Below are positions 48,902-57,744 of a DNA stretch of 64,000 bases, piece after piece. The DNA is from Candidatus Micrarchaeota archaeon (GTDB taxonomy: Archaea; Micrarchaeota; Micrarchaeia; Micrarchaeales; CABMGC01): the NCBI GenBank assembly GCA_027345185.1, contig DAHWIK010000044.1, positions 3,396 to 67,395 on the forward strand, given 5' to 3'. Under the pieces are notes generated by a model. The model saw nothing but the letters and a program-made list of their open reading frames with translations, made no database searches and was not told where the DNA came from. Position numbers and translations under genes: made by a program. The number at the start of each line of letters is the position of its first letter. Within the stretch, counting starts at the first letter, position 1.

Positions 48902-49240
48902 TCAGTTTGCACCGCTGCTTTGTGGAGCTGAAAACTTGCAGTCAAACTTGTTTAGCGTGCCGCATATCGAGCAGATGCACTGCTTGAGCTTCAGCTCGTC
49001 TCCCTTTGCGATCTTTTCTATATACGCATCTATCTTTGACCTGTCTATCTTCTTGTACATCTCTTCAACAGAAAGCGAATATTTGTCGTTGAGATACTTG
49101 CTCACTGCGGCCTGTGCGACCCCGAGTATGCTAGCTATGTTGCTCTCGGTGAGATTGTATCTCTCCCTGAGTGCCTTTGCTATAGCTAACCTTGCTGCAG
49201 GAACAACCTCATTAGATGCAAGCTCATATCCATTAACCAT
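48902..49240 (-). CDS. HTH DNA-binding protein with C-terminal four-Cys motif, first gene of the suf operon
   Basis: The HTH is LTESNIASILGVAQAAVSKYL and the C-terminus is KQCICSICGTLNKFDCKF. It ends 11 nt before the sufB start on the same strand. Confidence 0.5.
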   Translation of the reverse strand: MVNGYELASNEVVPAARLAIAKALRERYNLTESNIASILGVAQAAVSKYLNDKYSLSVEEMYKKIDRSKIDAYIEKIAKGDELKLKQCICSICGTLNKFDCKFSAPQSSGAN

Positions 49241-49315
49241 AAAAATCGCCGTTTATAACAGAGTTATAAGATGGCTGCACCTATTTAAATTTATCTGTGG
49301 AGAACCAGGTTTGCA

Positions 49316-50632
49316 CTACCTGTAATCGGTGAGTATGCCCTTGGTCACCTTGCTTATTGCAGATATAGATATGTAGGATAAAAGGAATACAGTGGTCATC
49401 ACGACCAATATCCCGAATAGCTCTATTCCAAGCTGTGCAAGCGCTGCGGCGCCACCGCCGAAAAGAAGGCCGTTGGGCAGGACCAGGTTACCTGAAGCTG
49501 CTGCAAATGCGCTTTGGGTGAAGAATGCAATCATTATGACTCCGAAAAGGCCACCTACCAGATGGCCTGGAAACAGCCCCACAGGATCTGTGAACCACCT
49601 TGCCTTCCCCAGCACCTTTTCTGCGTATACGTAGATTGGGCCTCCAAGCAATCCGAGAATTATCGCACTTAACGGACTTACGAATCCTGCAAGCGGAGTT
49701 ATTATTATCAGGCCCATGAGTATTCCGTTTGCAGCCCAGAGTATTTCTGGGTCCCTTTTTATCTGGAGATACTTAAAGAATATTGTTGACAGTGCAGCAG
49801 CCGAGGCTGCTAGGAAGGTAGTAAGAACTACCACCGTAGCCTCGCTGTTGAAGGCCAGCACGCTTCCTGGATTGAATCCGAACCAGCCGACCCATAATAG
49901 AAGTATGGAGAGTGTCAACCATCCCTTGCTTACATTTATCGAAACTGTCGGACTTTTCTTCAGACCTCTTTTCCTCTCTTCAACCCATATCCTGTACACC
50001 AATGCAAGACCTGCAGCTCCGGCAGCGCCGTGGACTATGAGACCTCCTGCAAAATCACTCATTCCCATCTTAAATAGCCACCCGGTGGGATTCCATATCC
50101 AAGCCGCAGGAAGGTTCCATATCAGGATGAAATATATTATGGCGAATGCTATGAACGCAGAGAACTTCATCTTCTTCAGCACTATCACGCCAACAAGAGC
50201 AAGAGTGACAGATGCGAATGCAGCTTCGAACAAAAAGTATGTGCCTGTGGTCAGGCCTGTGCCGAAGTATGTTGAGGTCATCGACCACCAGACATTTCCA
50301 AGCAGCGAGGTTGGATTTGAAGAGAAACTACCGAGAGCCAGCCCTGGCAGATATAACGGATTGCCTATTATTCCGTTTATTGTTGGTGCAAATGCAGTGT
50401 TGAAGCCCACCAAGGCCATGACGACTATTGCTATTACTGTTATAACCACCGTCTTGGCTAGGCTGTTTGAGAATTTCTCTCCAAGCTCGCCGATCTCCAG
50501 AAGCCCTACGGATATGGTCATGGTGAATACAAGAAGCGCTGCCACAATCACCCAGAGATTGTTAGTGGCTGCAGAAACAGGTATTGCTGAGGGTATAGAA
50601 GAAACTATGCTCAATGCCAACATGCCTAACAT
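49316..50632 (-). CDS. amt: Ammonium transporter Amt
   Basis: About 11 TM helices, with DFAGGLIVHGAAGAAGLA and VGWFGFNPGS signature blocks. Confidence 0.9.
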   Translation of the reverse strand: MLGMLALSIVSSIPSAIPVSAATNNLWVIVAALLVFTMTISVGLLEIGELGEKFSNSLAKTVVITVIAIVVMALVGFNTAFAPTINGIIGNPLYLPGLALGSFSSNPTSLLGNVWWSMTSTYFGTGLTTGTYFLFEAAFASVTLALVGVIVLKKMKFSAFIAFAIIYFILIWNLPAAWIWNPTGWLFKMGMSDFAGGLIVHGAAGAAGLALVYRIWVEERKRGLKKSPTVSINVSKGWLTLSILLLWVGWFGFNPGSVLAFNSEATVVVLTTFLAASAAALSTIFFKYLQIKRDPEILWAANGILMGLIIITPLAGFVSPLSAIILGLLGGPIYVYAEKVLGKARWFTDPVGLFPGHLVGGLFGVIMIAFFTQSAFAAASGNLVLPNGLLFGGGAAALAQLGIELFGILVVMTTVFLLSYISISAISKVTKGILTDYR

Positions 50633-50700
50633 TCAAACGCTAGAATAGTTTTGTTAAAGCTTAATAATCTAATTGAACAAATCAGTATGCTAGTGTTCCA

Positions 50701-51171
50701 ATGGCCAAGGACTCCTTTTCAGAAGGCTACCAGACCATGAAGTTTAAGTCTTTGCTGCCAGTGTACAGGAGGCTCCTTCTCGAAGCGAAGAAGGCCATGA
50801 AGACAGGACATAACCCCTATACAAAGACGCAGGTAGGTGCTGCAGTACTCACAACAAATGGAAGTATAATATCTGCATCGAATGTAGTTATAAGTGCAAA
50901 ATGGAACAGCATCTGCGCGGAAAGATCTGCAATAGTCAAGGCCAATTCGGTTGGAAAACCGATTTTTACTGCAATAGCAATAATAGGAAGGAAGGGCAAG
51001 AGGACAACGGAAGCCAAGAAATACATATTCACACCGTGCGGCGTGTGCAGGCAGTTCATATACGAATTCAGGCCGCCTGGGAAGGATATAGACGTAATAA
51101 TGTCTGATTTGGAGATGGACAGGATAATAGTGATGAAGATATCCGAGCTGCTCCCCCTTGCTTATGAGTAG
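50701..51171 (+). CDS. cdd: Cytidine deaminase
   Basis: Zinc motifs CAERSAI and TPCGVCRQFI. Confidence 0.8.
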   Translation: MAKDSFSEGYQTMKFKSLLPVYRRLLLEAKKAMKTGHNPYTKTQVGAAVLTTNGSIISASNVVISAKWNSICAERSAIVKANSVGKPIFTAIAIIGRKGKRTTEAKKYIFTPCGVCRQFIYEFRPPGKDIDVIMSDLEMDRIIVMKISELLPLAYE

Positions 51172-51190
51172 AGTCTATAGGACTTCTTGG

Positions 51191-51709
51191 CTATTTGTCT
51201 TTTCCGTTTCCGTTCTTGCTAATCAGCTTGTCTAGCGGAACCTTCTTGCTGTTTCCGCCGAAGTACTGTGTGTTCATGTACGTAATGGCTTTTGGTGTTA
51301 TCTTTATGAAAACTCCGCCATGCTCCTTGACAAAGTGCCCCTCACCGGCTTCTGGCAACCAATTGGAATCTACATTCAGTCTCTTTGTGCGTATAGAGTA
51401 GACGGATTCTATATCTTCGTCTGGAACAAGGCTCGCCTTTCCCTCAATTTGAACGCCTATCTGATGTATGCCCGCTATGGATTGCGGAGTGAATACCGAA
51501 AGCACGACCCTTGGATCTGACTTTATGTTTCTCATGTGTCTAGTGTCTGAAGAAGATACGAAATAAAAGTTAAATTTACTGTCATACGAAAAGTATACTG
51601 GATTTGCCCATACGCCATTTTCATCTACGGTAGCAAGGGTTGAAACTGTAGTCGAGTCCAGGCATTCGGTGAGGTTCTTTTTCCATTCAAAATCTTTGTC
51701 AGCTTTCAT
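51191..51709 (-). CDS. Pyridoxamine 5'-phosphate oxidase-like FMN-binding split-barrel protein
   Basis: LATVDENGVWANPVYFSYD...FYFVSS..TRHMRNI is the typical PNPOx-family N-terminal pattern. Confidence 0.5.
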   Translation of the reverse strand: MKADKDFEWKKNLTECLDSTTVSTLATVDENGVWANPVYFSYDSKFNFYFVSSSDTRHMRNIKSDPRVVLSVFTPQSIAGIHQIGVQIEGKASLVPDEDIESVYSIRTKRLNVDSNWLPEAGEGHFVKEHGGVFIKITPKAITYMNTQYFGGNSKKVPLDKLISKNGNGKDK

Positions 51710-51724
51710 GGCGAATCGCCTTAA

Positions 51725-52504
51725 TCATTTCTTGCTGGATATATTATTATCCTTATCCTTTATTGCACCCATAAGCCCACCCTTTAGTATAAAGGTTTTT
51801 ACATTATATTCGTCCTTCAGCAGCTTTGCGATCTGCGCAGAAACATTTCCGCTATAGCAGGATAGTACCTTCCCCTGAAAATCCTTGAGGCCTTCTGGGC
51901 TCATGTTAGTTATGTCTATTGGATTGACCCTTGTTATCTTTTTTACATCTATTCCGAGCAGGTATGACACGTAATCCGTAGGCTCTACGCCGAGCCATAT
52001 TATACTCGTCTTGTCTTCGGCTATCAGGGACTTTGCAAAGGCGAGGTCTATTTCAGGTGTCTTCTCCTTGTCTAATTCAAGGTATTCCTCAAGAAGGTTG
52101 GAGAACTTCTGAGCATTTTCTATCTTTATCCCCTCGATGTGCCATCCGCCTTCTAGAGACTCTGATTCTCCGCCAGAACCCCTTATCCTTATCTGAATGG
52201 AGGCAAGAATCTTGCCGTTTGAATTTGTAGTGCCCATTATATTGTCGAGCATTACTGTGCTTATTCTGGTTGGGGAGATGATATTGTGGCCGGTATACAG
52301 CCCCCAAAATGAATTGTGTATTATTATAACTCTCTTGTCTGTAAGGACTATGGTGTCTGGAGATATCGATGAGAGGTAGCTCTGCCTAAGCTTCATCAGT
52401 GCGGTCTCGTTTTTGTGCAGGAACCTCTCTACATCTTGCAAGGCATCACTAATGATAATTGCGTGTGAAACTATTAATATATTCCCCGCACTGTAGTTGG
52501 ACAT
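51725..52504 (-). CDS. Bacterial-PH (YdbT-like) domain fused to a rhodanese-like domain
   Basis: DTIVLTDKRVIIIHNSFWGLY is the bPH part. The C-terminal KVLSCYSGNVSAQIAKLL is a rhodanese active-site loop with the Cys retained and the Arg replaced by Val. Confidence 0.45.
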   Translation of the reverse strand: MSNYSAGNILIVSHAIIISDALQDVERFLHKNETALMKLRQSYLSSISPDTIVLTDKRVIIIHNSFWGLYTGHNIISPTRISTVMLDNIMGTTNSNGKILASIQIRIRGSGGESESLEGGWHIEGIKIENAQKFSNLLEEYLELDKEKTPEIDLAFAKSLIAEDKTSIIWLGVEPTDYVSYLLGIDVKKITRVNPIDITNMSPEGLKDFQGKVLSCYSGNVSAQIAKLLKDEYNVKTFILKGGLMGAIKDKDNNISSKK

Positions 52505-52513
52505 ATACAGAAG

Positions 52514-53056
52514 TCAATTTAGATCGCGCTTGAAGTCCTTCTCAATCCTGCTTACCTTAGGCTTTATTACAAATGTGCAGTATCCTTGGTATGGATTCTT
52601 CTCGAAATATTTTTGGTGGTACTCTTCCGCAGGATAGAACTTGTCCAGCTTCACCAATTCGGTCACTATAGGTTGACCGTACTCCGGCTGCTCCTTCTTT
52701 ATGAACTCCTTTGCGATCTCCTTTTGGCTTTCCGTTGTGTATAGTATTATTGATCTGTACTGCGTCCCAAAGTCAGCACCCTGCCTGTTGAGTGAGGTAG
52801 GGTCGTGCATCTTGAAGAATATTTCTAATATCTTTTCTAGAGAAACTGATTTTGGGTCGTATTCCACCAGAGTTACCTCGGCGTGGCCCGTATCCCCGCT
52901 GCATACCTGCTCATATGTCGGATTCTTGGTATGCCCTCCAGCGTATCCTGGTGTTGTCTTGACAACGCCCTTAAGCATATCAAATATCGCCTGAGTGCAC
53001 CAGAAGCATCCTCCGCCCAGAAGTATCCTCTCATTTTTGCTTTGCATCCTAGTCAC
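52514..53056 (-). CDS. msrA: Peptide methionine (S)-sulfoxide reductase MsrA
   Basis: Active-site GGGCFWC, GYAGG, and HDPTSLNRQG. Confidence 0.9.
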   Translation of the reverse strand: MTRMQSKNERILLGGGCFWCTQAIFDMLKGVVKTTPGYAGGHTKNPTYEQVCSGDTGHAEVTLVEYDPKSVSLEKILEIFFKMHDPTSLNRQGADFGTQYRSIILYTTESQKEIAKEFIKKEQPEYGQPIVTELVKLDKFYPAEEYHQKYFEKNPYQGYCTFVIKPKVSRIEKDFKRDLN

Positions 53057-53417
53057 CCTTGTCTGGTATGAATTTTAAGGATATTGAATTTACGCAATGC
53101 CTCGTGTTCTTAGGCGTGAATCCCTCTCCTAGGAAGACATGCCCAAGGTGGGCGCCGCATCTTGCGCACTCTATCTCGGTGCGCATGCCGTCGATGTCTG
53201 GAACCCTCTTCACCGCACCATGAATCTCCTGGTCGAAGCTTGGCCATCCGCATCTTGCATCGAACTTGTCCCTTGATCTATATAATGGAGTCTCGCATCT
53301 CCTGCACACATATATGCCTGGCTTGAAGAAGTTGTCGTACTCCCCTGTGAAAGGCATCTCCGTGCCCCTGTGGACAATCACGCGCTCCTCTTCTGGAGTT
53401 AGCTTGTTCAGCTTCAT
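53049..53417 (-). CDS. msrB: Peptide methionine (R)-sulfoxide reductase MsrB
   Basis: Zinc CxxC pairs (CRRCETPL, CARCGAHLGHVF), CGWPSF, and a catalytic region ending RHCVNS. Start trimmed to MKLNKLTPEE because the longer ORF overlaps the upstream gene. Confidence 0.88.
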   Translation of the reverse strand: MKLNKLTPEEERVIVHRGTEMPFTGEYDNFFKPGIYVCRRCETPLYRSRDKFDARCGWPSFDQEIHGAVKRVPDIDGMRTEIECARCGAHLGHVFLGEGFTPKNTRHCVNSISLKFIPDKGD

Positions 53418-53434
53418 GGATTCAACATCTTGAT

Positions 53435-54154
53435 TTATGTCGGAACTGCGCCGAATACGCGGCCTATCAGGTATCCGGCAAACCCTGCAGTAAGGCCAAT
53501 CAGAAGCATCTCCATCCCGCTGCGCCACAGCGAACCGAGGGTAACTTTTGCCTCGTAATATCCCACTATGAAAAGCACAATTGCGCTGAGTATAACAGAT
53601 GCGATTGCAGCAGTTGCTATGTTACCTGAAAAGAATATGAACGGTATGAGTGGTATTACTGAACCAAGTGCGGTTGCAATAAGAACTGTCACAAAGCTTT
53701 TCGCTGGTGCTGACTTCTCGACAGGTGCAAGCTTCAGTTCGAATGACATCATGAACTCGAGCCATGCCTTCTCGTTGGAGCAGATCAAATCTGTCATTGA
53801 CTTTAGCTTCTTGCCCTTGTATCCCCACTCTACTAGAACATCGACGACCTCCTGCCTTTCCACTTTTGGCACTTCCCTCATCTCCCTTTTCTCAGTCTCT
53901 ACCTCCTTTAGATAGTGCTTAAACCTAGATTTAGTTGAGGTGTATGCTACTGCGGCCATAGAGATTGTTTCTGCGCCGAGGGCCGCAAGAGCCGCAACAA
54001 AGATAAGTCGTACGTCAGAAGTAGCGGCGGAAACTCCCAGAATGATTCCAAGCACATTCACCAGACCATCCTGCCCGCCAAGTATTACGTCAGAAAGCAT
54101 AGTGGGTCTGGAGTGCTGCTCGCTGTGCTCATTTCTAATATTCAGGGCAGTCAT
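53435..54154 (-). CDS. VIT1/CCC1 family iron/manganese transporter
   Basis: LSDVILGGQDGLVNVLGIILGVSAA, a central cytoplasmic helical E-rich domain, and five TM helices. Confidence 0.75.
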   Translation of the reverse strand: MTALNIRNEHSEQHSRPTMLSDVILGGQDGLVNVLGIILGVSAATSDVRLIFVAALAALGAETISMAAVAYTSTKSRFKHYLKEVETEKREMREVPKVERQEVVDVLVEWGYKGKKLKSMTDLICSNEKAWLEFMMSFELKLAPVEKSAPAKSFVTVLIATALGSVIPLIPFIFFSGNIATAAIASVILSAIVLFIVGYYEAKVTLGSLWRSGMEMLLIGLTAGFAGYLIGRVFGAVPT

Positions 54155-54238
54155 GCCATACGCCAGTAGCAGTCGCTACAACTAGATATGGAAGCAATAA
54201 TATTATATACTGGTTTTCTTGAAACTGTGGCTGTGCGG

Positions 54239-54958
54239 CTACGTTTCGTTTGCAGCTATTCCGGCAAGAACAGTATAATTTACTGGGAATCCTGGATTTG
54301 AGAATGCCTGCACAAAGACTGCATCCCTGCCCTTCCAGCCAGTTATTGACTGGAAGTTTCCTGTGCTATTTTCATAGAGCTGATAGGTATAGCTTAAACC
54401 GTTGACCGTACCGTACAGCGTCTGCGGTGGGGAGCTGTAAAACTGGGATACGGATGAAACGATTGACGAAGACAGACTTGACGCGTTATACGCATACATT
54501 ACCAAAAAATATATTGATTGGTTTTTGGTCAGGTTTTGGCCCTGCACCATTGTGACCCAACCCTCGGTGACATTGCCTGCGGCGTAAGGAGTGACATTAT
54601 ACATATATGTTATGTTTATTGGCGATGAGGCATTGAATAGGTCAGATGTAGAATAAATTGAAACCTGACCCAACAGGATTTGTGACTGTGAAGCGCTCAG
54701 ATAGATAGGCGTGCCTCCTGTTGAGCCTAGGCTGGGCACCACTGCAGTTGTCGTTCCCAATACGGATGGCCCTGTTCCGGCGCTTGGCTGTAAGACAAAT
54801 ATTAACACTAGAGCTATTGCAATAAGAAGCACAACTACAATGACTAATAGCGTCTTTGTATTGCTTTGCTTGCTTCCTGCGGCATTGGACGAGGTGTCCT
54901 GATTTGCAGGGTTGACTGGGCTCTGGCTGGTTGCTGAACTGTTATTATTTGCTGGCAT
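54239..54958 (-). CDS. Membrane-anchored extracellular protein, S/T/N-rich with many N-glycosylation sequons
   Basis: Low-complexity N-terminus, a single TM helix (LLVIVVVLLIAIALVLIFVL), then a domain with about 10 NxS/T sequons. Confidence 0.4.
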   Translation of the reverse strand: MPANNNSSATSQSPVNPANQDTSSNAAGSKQSNTKTLLVIVVVLLIAIALVLIFVLQPSAGTGPSVLGTTTAVVPSLGSTGGTPIYLSASQSQILLGQVSIYSTSDLFNASSPINITYMYNVTPYAAGNVTEGWVTMVQGQNLTKNQSIYFLVMYAYNASSLSSSIVSSVSQFYSSPPQTLYGTVNGLSYTYQLYENSTGNFQSITGWKGRDAVFVQAFSNPGFPVNYTVLAGIAANET

Positions 54959-55105
54959 GACTACCTCCGCGTTCTATTGCATGTATGGCATGCGACTTTT
55001 TAAAGTTTGCTGTGCATTTCGTTTTTTTATCTCTTGTTATGCCCGAAATGGATTGAAGAGAAAGTAGTATATAGTAGAAAATACCTAATATGTATTAGTG
55101 GAAGC

Positions 55106-55684
55106 ATGGCTGAAACAGAGATTGATGGTGTTCAAGCAAAGGTAAACAAGCTCCTGGAGCTTGCAAAGTATGCTGCGTCAGTCAGTCCTGCGGATACGGA
55201 TCTGTATTCAAAGTCGCTTATTATTGATTTCAGGTATTATGATGGCTCGCCGCATTCCGGTCCTGTTAAATTATACCCAAAGGACATTTTGAAGATGACA
55301 GATTCTGAACTTAGGGAGGTGATTACGTCCCAGGGCAAGCCGGCTGCAATAAAATACCTGCAGAGCCTTAACCTGCCATTGGTCAACCCTGCATGGCCAT
55401 TGACCAAATCAAAAGAGAAGGGACACGTGATTAATACTTTCAAAAAAATATACAAGTATTTGGAACCTGACCCTAAAATTGAAAAAAAAGATGAAAAACC
55501 ACAAGAACCTAGTTCAAATTATGCCTACAGGTGTTCAAGGTGCGGAAAAGCGCCCCTTACAGGACCGGTGCTCTACTGCGACGGATGCAGCCAGTACATG
55601 TGCTATGAGTGCGGCATTCCGAGCGGATACATGGTCTGGAACTGCCCAAACTGCGCAATAGAGACCCAGCGTGTGGTGCTGTAG
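55106..55684 (+). CDS. Hypothetical protein with C-terminal double zinc-ribbon (4 x CxxC)
   Basis: CSRCGKAPLTGPVLYCDGCSQYMCYECGIPSGYMVWNCPNC. Start moved to the ATG at 55106; the ORF-track TTG extension is hydrophobic junk. Confidence 0.45.
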   Translation: MAETEIDGVQAKVNKLLELAKYAASVSPADTDLYSKSLIIDFRYYDGSPHSGPVKLYPKDILKMTDSELREVITSQGKPAAIKYLQSLNLPLVNPAWPLTKSKEKGHVINTFKKIYKYLEPDPKIEKKDEKPQEPSSNYAYRCSRCGKAPLTGPVLYCDGCSQYMCYECGIPSGYMVWNCPNCAIETQRVVL

Positions 55685-55750
55685 CAAGTATGTCTCTTCC
55701 TTTTAGCAGCGGTTTAAATAAACAAATGCATTAACAGTCTTATTGATTGC

Positions 55751-55951
55751 ATGTGCCAGGCTCCAGTAGGCAAGGTAATAGGACTTGATAGTGACAGCAT
55801 AACCGTAGAGTACAATGGGAAAGATAGGGTGCTAAAGAAGTCAAAGTTCCTTGACGCTAAGATAGGCGAGTACGTGCTGTTTTCGCTGGACATAGCGATA
55901 GACAAGGTGGACAAGGAAGAAGCTGAAATGATATTGAAGGGCATGAAATGA
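55751..55951 (+). CDS. hypC: Hydrogenase maturation chaperone HypC
   Basis: 66 aa. N-terminal MCQAPVGKVI (canonical MC[LI]xxPG[KQ]V), and GEYVLFSLDIAIDKVDKEEAE. Confidence 0.8.
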   Translation: MCQAPVGKVIGLDSDSITVEYNGKDRVLKKSKFLDAKIGEYVLFSLDIAIDKVDKEEAEMILKGMK

Positions 55952-56460
55952 ACGCTGAAGACAGGCTGCTATTTCTAAGATATGCGCTCCCGTGCGCTGG
56001 CACTCTTGTAAGAAGAGGCAAGGTCTCGCAAGACTATGTAAACAGTCTGATAAGGCTGGTCTCTGAAGACAAGTTGCCCCCTGAAGGAACGGAAAAGATG
56101 TTTATAGTGGCTAGCACCATGTGCAGCAAGATAGCCAATAGGCTGGGAAAGGCTGAGATAGATCAAGACGTAATAAGGACTTATTTCCTTTTTGAGCACG
56201 GTGAAGTTGTGGATGATAGGTTTGCACTCATGAAGGACTTTAATCCTGTTGACTGCAAGACATATCCGGGCAAAGTGATAGACGTGGAGGCCACTTCCGC
56301 AGTTGTAGAAACAAATCTGGGAAGCAAGGCATACAGTATAATTTTTGCAAAAGGAGTGAAGCCTGGAAACAGTGTCGTTGTGCATTATGATTACATAATA
56401 GAAAAGATAAGCGAGGATGCAGTCAAAAGGATGAACGTACTAGGGCAGGGTAAGCAATGA
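55948..56460 (+). CDS. HypC-like domain protein with about 100-aa N-terminal extension
   Basis: Residues about 102-165, DCKTYPGKVIDVEATSAVVETNLGSKAY...GNSVVVHYDYIIEKISEDA, reproduce the HypC pattern including the Cys-x3-PGKV box. That Cys is residue 103 rather than residue 2. ATGA overlap with hypC. Confidence 0.6.
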   Translation: MNAEDRLLFLRYALPCAGTLVRRGKVSQDYVNSLIRLVSEDKLPPEGTEKMFIVASTMCSKIANRLGKAEIDQDVIRTYFLFEHGEVVDDRFALMKDFNPVDCKTYPGKVIDVEATSAVVETNLGSKAYSIIFAKGVKPGNSVVVHYDYIIEKISEDAVKRMNVLGQGKQ

Positions 56461-57368
56461 ATAGGGAGAAAAAGGGGATAATCCTTGCTATACTGGCTGC
56501 AATTGTCAGTGGTATCTCGATTCCTGCAAACAAGTTCTTCATTGTAAACTTGGACCCGTCAGTCTTTACCGCTGTCCGATCAGTAATAATAGGGATTGGC
56601 TTCCTGGCCATATCCGCATATCCTGCAGTTAAGGAGCATAAGCCGTTCAGTAAGGCGCCTTGGAAGTACCTTATAGCCATAGCCGTGATTGGAGGTGCAG
56701 CTGCATTCTGGCTATACTTCACAGGCCTGCAGTTGACAACTGCCGGAAGGGCTGCAGTCCTCTACCACACCCTTCTTTCTGGATTCACTGTTATTCTCGC
56801 CTTCGTGTTTTTGCGCGAAAAGATATCAAGGAAGATGGTTTACGCTATCATCGCTATGCTTGTTGGAACCCTGATCCTATACATTTCACAGGTCCCGCAG
56901 TCACAGCTGTGGGCCAACCCTAACCTAGGAGATTTGATGATAATATCCGCATCGATCCTCTGGTCGATTGAATACGTGATTTCCAGGAAGGTGATGAAGA
57001 TGGGTGAGACGAATTTCGTCGTTTCATTCGCCAGGATGTTCTTCGGAGGACTTATACTGTTTGGCATTGTGATATTGTCGGGTGATTTGGGAGCGCTGTT
57101 CGTCCTGACAATACAGCAATGGATAAACATATTGATATCCACGGTATTGCTGTTTGCAGACGTCCTGTTCACGTACTGGAGCATACGGTACATAAACGTC
57201 TCAAAAGTCGCCACGCTGCTGCTTCTGGCTCCGATTATATCGCTGGTCGGAGGAGCATTGCTACTCGGTGAACCGACTCCGCTGCTGCAGTTGGTAGGGT
57301 CGGCTATAATGCTTGCCAGTGCATATTTTGTCATAGGTGTTAGGAGTGAATCGCAGAAAAAGACATAG
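56457..57368 (+). CDS. EamA/DMT-superfamily permease
   Basis: 303 aa with 10 TM helices arranged as two EamA repeats. ATGA overlap with the upstream gene, and an overlapping or abutting start of the downstream protease gene. Confidence 0.75.
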   Translation: MNREKKGIILAILAAIVSGISIPANKFFIVNLDPSVFTAVRSVIIGIGFLAISAYPAVKEHKPFSKAPWKYLIAIAVIGGAAAFWLYFTGLQLTTAGRAAVLYHTLLSGFTVILAFVFLREKISRKMVYAIIAMLVGTLILYISQVPQSQLWANPNLGDLMIISASILWSIEYVISRKVMKMGETNFVVSFARMFFGGLILFGIVILSGDLGALFVLTIQQWINILISTVLLFADVLFTYWSIRYINVSKVATLLLLAPIISLVGGALLLGEPTPLLQLVGSAIMLASAYFVIGVRSESQKKT

Positions 57369-57744
57369 GATATTGGTGTTTGGCAACCCGATGGTCAGTA
57401 GAGACAGCCTGCCTCTAAGGATAATTACCAGACTTGCCGAGAGACTGCCTGATTTCGATTTCATAGAGTTCGATCCTAATGAGAATCTGGAGAAGGAGGG
57501 CAGGGAACTTAACATAATAGATACTGTTGAAGGTGCAAAAGAGGTAGTGCTAATAACTGACATTGACAGAATACAGACGCAAAAGGTATACTCTATGCAC
57601 GATTTCGATCTTGGCCACAGTCTGAAGATCCTGGATAAGCTTGGCTATATAGACAGTGTCAGGATATTCGGTGTCCCGATGAAGATCAGTCAAAAAGATG
57701 CACTTGACCAGCTTGTTGCACTGATCAGCGCCACTTTACCTTGA
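57337..57744 (+). CDS. Hydrogenase maturation endopeptidase (HycI/HybD family)
   Basis: ILVFGNPMVSRDSLPLRI (canonical vlGiGN....DDg.G), a later D and a H (SMHDFDLGH). Start uncertain: GTG 57337/57346 or TTG 57373. Confidence 0.65.
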   Translation: MLGVNRRKRHRILVFGNPMVSRDSLPLRIITRLAERLPDFDFIEFDPNENLEKEGRELNIIDTVEGAKEVVLITDIDRIQTQKVYSMHDFDLGHSLKILDKLGYIDSVRIFGVPMKISQKDALDQLVALISATLP

